A model generated the notes under the pieces. That model did no database searches. It was given only the letters and a program-made list of their open reading frames with translations, and was not told the origin of the DNA. A program made the translations under genes and the position numbers. Below, one piece after another: positions 56,502 through 64,000 of a stretch of DNA of 64,000 bases; position 1 is the first letter of the stretch, and every line of letters starts with the position of its first letter. This DNA is from Bacteroidales bacterium. Its GTDB lineage: Bacteria; Bacteroidota; Bacteroidia; Bacteroidales; VadinHA17. Location of the stretch: NCBI GenBank assembly GCA_963668715.1, contig OY764960.1, positions 3,953,438 to 4,017,437 of the forward strand, written 5' to 3'.

Positions 56502-57725
56502 TTGAAGCAAGTGGAAAAGGATCCCAGAAATATCAGACTTGAAGATTACACATATGAGTTGCCCGATGAAAAGATCGCGAGGTATCCTCTCAGGGAACGT
56601 GATTCATCAAAGCTGCTGATTTACAGGTCAGGCAATATAAGCCAGGATATATTCAGAAATATAGGTAATTACCTTAATACAGGTGACGTTCTGGTCTGTA
56701 ACAGGACAAAAGTGATCAGGGCCCGTCTGATATTCAGAAAAAAGACAGGTTCATCGATTGAAATATTCTGTCTTGAACCTGTATATCCTCAAGGATATGA
56801 AAGAAATTTCTCGTCCGGATCGCCTGTAGAATGGAAATGTCTTGTAGGGAACCGTAAAAAATGGAAAGAGGGAACGTTAAGCATGTCTGTTGCTGTTAAC
56901 GATACGGAACTACTGCTTACAGTGAAGGAGGTTACCAGGGCCGGCGCCGAATCAATCCTCAGGTTTTCCTGGGATAGCAGCGGTTATTCTTTCAGTGATA
57001 TACTTGATGCTGCCGGACATATCCCTGTTCCGCCATACCTGAAGAGGGAGGACGAGGAAATAGACAGGACACGGTATCAGACAGTCTACTCCATGGAGGA
57101 AGGTTCGGTAGCCGCACCAACGGCAGGCTTGCATTTCACTGACAATATACTTAAAGGGTTAAACTCAGCCGGGATAGACATCAGGGCTGTAACCCTTCAT
57201 GTAGGGGCCGGCACCTTCAGACCGGTAAAGACAGACACGATAGGAGAACACGAAATGCATATCGAACATTTCAGAGTTGAAAAAAGTGTGCTTGAATCAA
57301 TCAGATACCGGCGTGTGATAGCTGTCGGCACAACATCATTGAGAACTCTTGAAAGCCTTTACTGGATAGGCCATAAGATAAGTCATGAAGGTTTGAAAGA
57401 CCATAAGGGTATCTTTATGGAGCAGTGGTATCCTTACGACAATAACAGTGATGCGGGCTTTGAAGAGTATGTTGATATTATACTTGATTATATGAGAAAA
57501 AAGGGCCTTGATTATCTTGAAGCACGTACGGCCATAATTATTGTTCCCGGATACAGGATAAGGGTGGCCAAAGGCCTCATTACCAATTATCATATGCCCG
57601 GGAGCACTCTTCTGTTACTGGTAGCCGCCCTGGCAGGTGACAATTGGAGGGATATTTACGATTATTCCCTTAAAAATGACTTCAGGTTTCTGAGCTATGG
57701 CGACAGTTCCCTTTTACTTCCGTAG
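56502..57725 (+). CDS. queA: SAM:tRNA ribosyltransferase-isomerase
   Basis: PVPPY, YQTVY, GSVAAPTAGLHF, LHVGAGTF, FLSYGD. Confidence 0.96.
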   Translation: MKQVEKDPRNIRLEDYTYELPDEKIARYPLRERDSSKLLIYRSGNISQDIFRNIGNYLNTGDVLVCNRTKVIRARLIFRKKTGSSIEIFCLEPVYPQGYERNFSSGSPVEWKCLVGNRKKWKEGTLSMSVAVNDTELLLTVKEVTRAGAESILRFSWDSSGYSFSDILDAAGHIPVPPYLKREDEEIDRTRYQTVYSMEEGSVAAPTAGLHFTDNILKGLNSAGIDIRAVTLHVGAGTFRPVKTDTIGEHEMHIEHFRVEKSVLESIRYRRVIAVGTTSLRTLESLYWIGHKISHEGLKDHKGIFMEQWYPYDNNSDAGFEEYVDIILDYMRKKGLDYLEARTAIIIVPGYRIRVAKGLITNYHMPGSTLLLLVAALAGDNWRDIYDYSLKNDFRFLSYGDSSLLLP

Positions 57726-57727
57726 GA

Positions 57728-58783
57728 TCATCCGTCATACCTGTTCATTTTTTCACGCAGAAGGCCGGCAAATCCTTCAATATCCTTTTGCGTGGTATCC
57801 CAGCTTGTCATAAGCCTGTATTCGGATAATTCCTCATTCCAGGGGTAGAAAAAATATTCTTTCTGCATGGCGGATGCAACCTCGCCAGGGATGATAACAA
57901 ATACACCGTTAGACTGAACTTCCTGGGTTATACGCACTCCATCGATACCCGATATCTGTTCTGCAAGCCTCTGCCCCATCCTGTTGGCATGTCTTGCATT
58001 CTGAAGCCACAGGTCATTTTTAAAATATGTAATAAACTGTGCGGAGATATATCTCATTTTTGATGCAAGCTGCATACCTTGTTTCCTGATATATTTGAAG
58101 CCGTCAGAAAGGCCTTCACGCAGAAAACATACTGCTTCGCCATACATCATACCGTTCTTTGTCCCTCCGAATGATAAAATATCGACACCCGCCTCTGTTG
58201 TAAAATCCCTGAAAGGAAGATCGAGTGAAGCAGCTGCATTTGCAATCCTTGCTCCGTCCATATGCAATAACATGTCATGATCATGTACAAAGCCGGCAAC
58301 ATCCCTTATCTCATCCGGAGTATATATGGTACCCATCTCCGTTGCCTGTGTAACAGACACCACTTTGGGCTGTGAATGATGTTCGAAATCAAAGCCGTGT
58401 AAATGCTTTGCAAGATATTCTTTCCTCAGCTTGCCGTCGGGAGTATCCACAGTTAGTATCTTACAACCCGTAAACTTTTCAGGCGCTCCGCATTCATCCT
58501 GTTCTATATGGGCCGTAAAGGCTGTTATGATCGAATTATATGAACGTGTTATTGCACTTAATCCCAGAACATTGGCTGCTGTCCCGGTGAATGCGAAAAA
58601 TACTTCCGTGCCCGCCCCGAAAATAATACGGAACAATTCTTCGGCTTCCCTTGTATACCTGTCATCCCCGTAACCTATAACATGGCCTTTGTTTGCCCTT
58701 TCCAGTTCCTTCAGTATATCGGGATGCACGCCTGCATTATTATCACTGGCAAATCCCCTTGAAATATTTCCGCTTTTCTCCAT
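57728..58783 (-). CDS. ltaE: Low-specificity L-threonine aldolase
   Basis: FASDN, YGDD, HMDGAR, SFGGTKNG, KQGMQL. Confidence 0.9.
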   Translation of the reverse strand: MEKSGNISRGFASDNNAGVHPDILKELERANKGHVIGYGDDRYTREAEELFRIIFGAGTEVFFAFTGTAANVLGLSAITRSYNSIITAFTAHIEQDECGAPEKFTGCKILTVDTPDGKLRKEYLAKHLHGFDFEHHSQPKVVSVTQATEMGTIYTPDEIRDVAGFVHDHDMLLHMDGARIANAAASLDLPFRDFTTEAGVDILSFGGTKNGMMYGEAVCFLREGLSDGFKYIRKQGMQLASKMRYISAQFITYFKNDLWLQNARHANRMGQRLAEQISGIDGVRITQEVQSNGVFVIIPGEVASAMQKEYFFYPWNEELSEYRLMTSWDTTQKDIEGFAGLLREKMNRYDG

Positions 58784-58794
58784 AGACAGTTAAT

Positions 58795-58830
58795 TACCGG
58801 CAGGGAAGAATATATATTACCCTGCCGGTA
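58795..58830. terminator. Hairpin, probable terminator
   Basis: TACCGGCAGGG / CCCTGCCGGTA stem. Confidence 0.5.
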
Positions 58831-58846
58831 TTATTTTTTAATATTA

Positions 58847-59053
58847 TTATCCTTTCTTTCTGCTTTTCTTAAAAGCAAAGAACAGGAATACCAGACCAAA
58901 CACCAGCATTATCAGGCCCATGATCAGGTTTACATTAAAACCCAGTGATTTCTGATACATTGCAGCATCCGAGCCGGTAAAAATGCCGAATACAGTGATC
59001 AGCACTCCTATTATCGTGAACATTAATCCTATAGGGAATCTTATATCTACCAT
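58847..59053 (-). CDS. Small two-TM protein accompanying the symporter
   Basis: 'MVDIRFPIGLMF...N...G..ML.FG' pattern; directly downstream of the SSS gene. Confidence 0.75.
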   Translation of the reverse strand: MVDIRFPIGLMFTIIGVLITVFGIFTGSDAAMYQKSLGFNVNLIMGLIMLVFGLVFLFFAFKKSRKKG

Positions 59054-59065
59054 TTGTATTTCCTC

Positions 59066-60790
59066 CTACCAGAATATTATACTTAGTATTACACATATCA
59101 CTATAACAAGTAAGGCCAGGCTCACAGGTCTCTTATGCCATGGCAGGTCCTTATCCACCTCGTGTGGTGTAAGTGAATAAACCAGCCCTGTCAGCTGGTC
59201 ATCCGTCTTTTTCTGTTTTGTCAGCAAGGTAAGGCCTACCGTTATTATCGTACTCGCCAAAAAGGCTATAATAGCAGTCCAGAAATTCTGAGCCATCTCT
59301 ACCGGATATGTATGTAGTGTAGTTATCCAGCCCCCTTTCACCAGCGTTGTCGAGCCTTCGGGGGAAGTAAGGCCATGATGAAGCAATGCCATCAGGAATC
59401 CCATCAAAAGTCCCCAGAAAGCGCCGTGCCCTGTTGTTCTCTTCCAGAACATACCCAGGAAAATAACAGCAAACAGAGGAGCATTGATCATGGAAAATAT
59501 CGTTTGCAGAAAATCCATTATATTTCCGAACTTGCTGGCAATGTATGCTGCAGCTATGCTCAGCAGTACCCCTACCACGGTAGTCAATCTTCCAACAGTA
59601 AGGTAATGTTTGTCATCAGTTTCCTTATTATCTGTTGCCGGCCTTAAATAGCTCTGGTATATATCATATGTCCATACCGTATTGAAAGCCGACACATTTC
59701 CTGCCATTCCCGACATAAAGGAGGCCAGAAGAGCAGTAATACCCAATCCCAGCACGCCTGCAGGCAGGTATTGCTTCAGCAACATTATAATGGTATAGTC
59801 ATAAATCGGCTGACCTGCATCATCCAACGGCAATACGAAATTCTTTGCGGGATCATTAAGGAGCACTATAGCTATTACGCCCGGTATGATTATAAGAAAA
59901 GGAATGAACATTTTAGGCAGAGCGCCTATCAGCGGTACTTTTCTTGCTGCTATTTTCGACTCTGCGGCAAAGGCTCTCTGTACAATCAGGAAATTGGTAC
60001 ACCAGTATCCGAAGGCAAGGACAAAGCCCAGTCCGAACAGTATCCCGTACCACTGTACGCCAAGCGGGTTTGCCGAGGCATCACCGGTATATTTCCATGT
60101 TGTCATCATTGTGTCGGGGGCATAACCCTGTGCTTCGGCAACAGGGGCAAGCCCTTCCTTAAGCCCTGACCAGCCTCCCACATCATGAAGGCTCAGGAAG
60201 ACTAGAGGCAATAAACCTATTACAATAATAAAAAACTGCAACACTTCATTGTATATGGCGGATGACAGTCCTCCCAGATAGGTATATGCCAGCACTATAA
60301 GCGCCGATATCCAGAGGCTCAGGTTGAAATCCCATCCCAGTATCTTTTCCATAAGTATGGCAAGGGCATACATGGATATTCCTGATGCAAGGATGGTCAT
60401 TACTGCAAAAAGGATGGCATTAAGCCCCCTTGTTTTTTCGTCATATCTCAATTTCAGGAACTCAGGTACCGATCTTGCTTTCGATCCATAGTAAAACGGC
60501 ATCATAAAAAGTGCAAGAAAGATCATGGCAGGAATCGCTCCTATCCAGTAAAAATGCGTTGTTAACATCCCGTATTTAAGACCCGAACCGGTCATACCCA
60601 TCACTTCGAGGGCCCCAAGGTTAGTCGAGATAAAAGCCAGCCCGGCCACCCAGGCAGGAATGGACCTGCCTGCTTCAAGAAAAGCATTGGCGTTTTTCAT
60701 ATACTTTCTCAGGAACCAGCCTATACCCAATACGAAAGCAAAGTAGATTATCATTATAAGATAATCTATCCAACTTAAATCGACCTTCAT
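59066..60790 (-). CDS. Sodium:solute symporter (sugar-type)
   Basis: AGRS, STNLG, YTYLGG, QR..AA, ASFMSG; about 14 TM segments. Confidence 0.93.
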   Translation of the reverse strand: MKVDLSWIDYLIMIIYFAFVLGIGWFLRKYMKNANAFLEAGRSIPAWVAGLAFISTNLGALEVMGMTGSGLKYGMLTTHFYWIGAIPAMIFLALFMMPFYYGSKARSVPEFLKLRYDEKTRGLNAILFAVMTILASGISMYALAILMEKILGWDFNLSLWISALIVLAYTYLGGLSSAIYNEVLQFFIIVIGLLPLVFLSLHDVGGWSGLKEGLAPVAEAQGYAPDTMMTTWKYTGDASANPLGVQWYGILFGLGFVLAFGYWCTNFLIVQRAFAAESKIAARKVPLIGALPKMFIPFLIIIPGVIAIVLLNDPAKNFVLPLDDAGQPIYDYTIIMLLKQYLPAGVLGLGITALLASFMSGMAGNVSAFNTVWTYDIYQSYLRPATDNKETDDKHYLTVGRLTTVVGVLLSIAAAYIASKFGNIMDFLQTIFSMINAPLFAVIFLGMFWKRTTGHGAFWGLLMGFLMALLHHGLTSPEGSTTLVKGGWITTLHTYPVEMAQNFWTAIIAFLASTIITVGLTLLTKQKKTDDQLTGLVYSLTPHEVDKDLPWHKRPVSLALLVIVICVILSIIFW

Positions 60791-60968
60791 ATCATTAGAT
60801 TTTAGTTAAGACATAATGAACCTGACTAATGTCCGGAAGTTCAATTAACAAAAATACTGTTTACGGTGAATTATCAAACATCAACAGGCTATTTTATACA
60901 ATTACATACTCAAATATTGCTATGTCTGCCTGTTCTTATAAATTAACGTTCTTCAAGATATAGTATAT

Positions 60969-61748
60969 TTGCCAGATATGAGCACAGGCAAAAGATATTT
61001 CATTTCTCTGGCCTATGACGGGACGGAGTACCACGGCTGGCAGGTTCAGCCCGGCAGGATTACAGTACAGGCTAAGATAACGGAAGCCTTATCCCTTATA
61101 TTACGCGAAGAAGCAGGGGTTACCGGCGCAGGCCGTACCGATACCGGTGTGCATGCCCGGTCGTTCACAGCTCATTTCAACAGCATACGCAGGGACCTGG
61201 ACAGGAACAGGGAACTGATCTTCAATATGAACTCGTTCCTGCCGAAAGATATTGCCGTAACTGATATATCAGAGGTAGAGCCCGGGGCTCATGCACGTTT
61301 CAATGCAAAAAGCAGAACATACAGATATTATATCAGCCTGAAGAAAGATCCTTTCAACAACAGGTATGCATGGGAACGACATGATATTCCGGATGTTGAT
61401 GCAATGAACATGGCAGCTTCATATTTACTTAACTATGACGACTTTACCAGTTTCAGCAAGTCGCACACACAGGTAAAAACAAATATCTGCAGGTTATACA
61501 GGGCCGAATGGATAAAAGAAGGTGATCAGTTGATCTTTACAATTAAAGCCGACCGTTTTCTGAGAAATATGGTCCGCGCCATTGTAGGCACGATGGTTGA
61601 TATCGGTACGGGAAAGAAAGCTGCCGGGGATATAAAAGAGATCATCTCATCCCGTAACAGGTCTGAAGCCGGTATGTCGGCCCCGGCAAAAGGGCTCTTT
61701 CTTGAAGAAATAGAATATCCTCAGGACATATTTATCAGGAATGATTAA
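60969..61748 (+). CDS. truA: tRNA pseudouridine(38-40) synthase
   Basis: YDGTEYHGWQ, GAGRTDTGVHA, HARF, FLRNMVR. Confidence 0.97.
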   Translation: MPDMSTGKRYFISLAYDGTEYHGWQVQPGRITVQAKITEALSLILREEAGVTGAGRTDTGVHARSFTAHFNSIRRDLDRNRELIFNMNSFLPKDIAVTDISEVEPGAHARFNAKSRTYRYYISLKKDPFNNRYAWERHDIPDVDAMNMAASYLLNYDDFTSFSKSHTQVKTNICRLYRAEWIKEGDQLIFTIKADRFLRNMVRAIVGTMVDIGTGKKAAGDIKEIISSRNRSEAGMSAPAKGLFLEEIEYPQDIFIRND

Positions 61749-62485
61749 TCATTCCATATCTCCCATGCTTTTTCAGCCTGTATTTGTAACATCTCAAGAC
61801 CGTTCTTCACAATACAACCCCTTTCCCTGCCCAGTTTCATAAAAGCGGTCTCTTCAGGGTTATAAACAAGGTCATAAAGTACAGTGCCTTCTCCGAGCAT
61901 ATCGTATGGCAAAGGAGGATATGAGGCCGTATCGGGGTACATTCCCAGAGGCGTGGTATTCACTATTAAGCCGAAGCCGGTTATGATACCTGCTTCCATA
62001 TCAGAATATGTAAGACCGTCCTTATCCGGCGACCTTGAGACAGTGATATATTCAATGCCCAGGTAAGTAAGCGCTGTCTTTACCGCACCTGCGGCTCCTC
62101 CCGTACCCAGTATCATTGCTCTCCTGATCCTCCTGTTCAGCAACGGTTTTAAAGAAAGGAGAAACCCGTCAATATCCGTATTGAATCCTTCAAGCCTCCG
62201 CATTTTTCCCTTTCCTCTTATCCTGATAACGTTAACTGCATTTGCTGCATCAGCTTTTTCTTCAATACCGTGCAGATACGTCAATACTGCTTTCTTATAT
62301 GGAATAGTAACATTAAGTCCCTCAAGATCAGGATTATCATCAAGAACAGCTTCCAGTTCGTCTATCGATTGTAACGGATAATTCATATATTTCGCATCAA
62401 TAGCTTCACGTATGAATTTCGAGTTAAAATATTCAGATGAAAACGAATGTTCCAGCGGATATCCTATAAGACCGAATTTTCTCAT
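61745..62485 (-). CDS. aroE: Shikimate dehydrogenase
   Basis: HSFS, NVTIPYK, NTDIDG, GTGGA, NTTPLGM, DLVYNP. Confidence 0.95.
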   Translation of the reverse strand: MRKFGLIGYPLEHSFSSEYFNSKFIREAIDAKYMNYPLQSIDELEAVLDDNPDLEGLNVTIPYKKAVLTYLHGIEEKADAANAVNVIRIRGKGKMRRLEGFNTDIDGFLLSLKPLLNRRIRRAMILGTGGAAGAVKTALTYLGIEYITVSRSPDKDGLTYSDMEAGIITGFGLIVNTTPLGMYPDTASYPPLPYDMLGEGTVLYDLVYNPEETAFMKLGRERGCIVKNGLEMLQIQAEKAWEIWND

Positions 62486-62486
62486 A

Positions 62487-63410
62487 TTATCTTTTGCTTA
62501 CCCTGTCCAGCACCAACACAATAATAACAGCCAGTACCATCAGTAAGACAGCAGGTATTATGGCCGGTTCCGATCCCGTTATTTCAGCAAATGCACCGGG
62601 CATAATGTTTTTTTGCAAAACAGGTATAGTCTCGCCGTGAGAGTTCACAGTTGTGGTAAGTGTTTCCTTCCAGGGCCATATCTTGTTCAGCGAACCTATA
62701 ATAAAGCCTGACATCACCGATATTGTCAGGTCATGATACTTATGAAAGAGCCATGCCAGCAGGTTTGCGAAGCTTAATAATCCGCACACGACACCCAGGC
62801 CAAAGATCAGTAATACAGGTATATTGAGTTCACCCACGGCACCCAGGATATACTGGTACTTACCCAGCAGTAACAGTATGAAGGCTCCCGATATCCCGGG
62901 TAACACCATTGCACATATTGCTATGGCACCTGCTAAAAACACATACCACCATGCATCCGTTGTATGTACAGGTGTGAATCTTGTTATCAGGAACATGACG
63001 GCAGCGCCCGCTATCAGTCCGGATACAGTAGCCGCATTCCATGAACCTATCTTTCGTGTCACCACAAATGCAGAAGCCAGTATCAGCCCGAAAAAGAAAG
63101 ACCATATAAGTACAGGGTGTTCCTGCATAAGCCATTCCAGCAGGCGGGCCAGAGAGAATACACTCAGCAGTATACCTCCGAACACAGCCAGAAGAAAATT
63201 ACCGTTTATCCTGTTCCAGAATAATCTGAGCCTGAGCCTCAGTAATAGCTTCAGTGCTTCAATATCAATATTTTTAACTGAGTTTATCAGCTCCTCATAT
63301 ATTCCTGTGATAAATGCTATTGTACCTCCTGAGACACCGGGTACAACATCGGCTGCACCCATTCCTATTCCTTTCACCAAAAGGAGGAGATAATCCTGTA
63401 TTTTACGCAT
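62487..63410 (-). CDS. DUF368 membrane protein
   Basis: GMGAADVVPGVSGGT, AMVLPGISG. Confidence 0.93.
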   Translation of the reverse strand: MRKIQDYLLLLVKGIGMGAADVVPGVSGGTIAFITGIYEELINSVKNIDIEALKLLLRLRLRLFWNRINGNFLLAVFGGILLSVFSLARLLEWLMQEHPVLIWSFFFGLILASAFVVTRKIGSWNAATVSGLIAGAAVMFLITRFTPVHTTDAWWYVFLAGAIAICAMVLPGISGAFILLLLGKYQYILGAVGELNIPVLLIFGLGVVCGLLSFANLLAWLFHKYHDLTISVMSGFIIGSLNKIWPWKETLTTTVNSHGETIPVLQKNIMPGAFAEITGSEPAIIPAVLLMVLAVIIVLVLDRVSKR

Positions 63411-63416
63411 AACCCT

Positions 63417-64000
63417 TTATTTGCCCGGAAGGAACTGGAAAAAAGTATCGCCTCTCAGGCCGTTTCTAAGCGATTCCAGGGCAATGATCTCGGCAGGCGC
63501 TATATTTCCAAGGTTCACATTTGCACCGAAATGTGTAATAAACCATACCTGTTGTGATTTAAGGGGGGCCTCCCATATAATTCGTTCAAGTCCCACTTCC
63601 GAGCTGATCTTTTCTATTAACGCGGTATTTACGGATCCATCGCTGTTATAGATGCCCGTAGTTCCGCTTTCCCTTGCCTCCGCTATTACTTTCTCAGATC
63701 CTGCTTCAAGTTCCGACACCATCATCTCAACCCATTCCTCAGGACTGTATACAACATCCTTCTTCTTTGATCCCACCTCGGAAAGAACATAGTATCTTTC
63801 AGCCAGTCTTGAAATATATTCCAGTTTTATTTCCTGTTCCATTTCGAATGAGCCATCCGACACTTCAACGGTCTTAATGCCGGTCTGATCCAGAAGGCTG
63901 ACATAGTCGTCAAACATATCTCTTATTATAAATGCCTCGAAAAGAGTACCTCCGAGATATGTCCTTACTCCTGCCTCCTCATATACTTTTACCTTACTTT
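63417..64000 (-). CDS. comA: Phosphosulfolactate synthase (ComA family), 5' end beyond the window
   Basis: Frame is open to the window edge (…YLGGTLFE…); VEVSDG, SEVGSK, EARESG, WEAP, NVNLGN. Confidence 0.88.
   Translation of the reverse strand, partial: SKVKVYEEAGVRTYLGGTLFEAFIIRDMFDDYVSLLDQTGIKTVEVSDGSFEMEQEIKLEYISRLAERYYVLSEVGSKKKDVVYSPEEWVEMMVSELEAGSEKVIAEARESGTTGIYNSDGSVNTALIEKISSEVGLERIIWEAPLKSQQVWFITHFGANVNLGNIAPAEIIALESLRNGLRGDTFFQFLPGK

Overview
This window comes from a Bacteroidota bacterium (Bacteroidales-like, fermentative) and has two clear halves. Positions ~100-24,600 are visibly AT-rich and form an integron-like gene-cassette array with no integrase gene in the window. Seven coding cassettes, all on the - strand, are separated by six ~125-265 bp imperfect hairpins with a shared, non-canonical attC-like consensus, and an attI-like half-site caps the array at ~24,532. 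Each cassette's first ~9-15 bp are the reverse complement of its own downstream inverse core site, as expected for units that excise as circles. Cargo is mostly defence-like. One 8.3 kb cassette carries Gabija (GajA/GajB) plus a NurA-HerA-DUF4338 (DruA-like) operon that I cannot match to a named system; others carry HEPN-motif genes, an OGG-like glycosylase and a Crp/Fnr-regulated trio. The sites also attract other elements: two IS1182 copies and a group IIC intron fragment sit exactly at the GTT core, and three non-coding palindromic modules abut cassette starts. IS21, IS4 and IS66 insertions are also present. Positions ~24,900-64,000 are mostly housekeeping genes (ECF sigma, TetR/radical SAM, buk-ptb-ptb-ackA-pta, ggt, pit, rarA, kdsA, rnpB, queA, truA, aroE, comA), interrupted by two long 8-bp tandem arrays (TGGAATAC)n, each joined to a conserved ~100-200 bp non-coding module. 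All calls come from reading motifs by eye; no database searches were run, so novelty claims are unverified.
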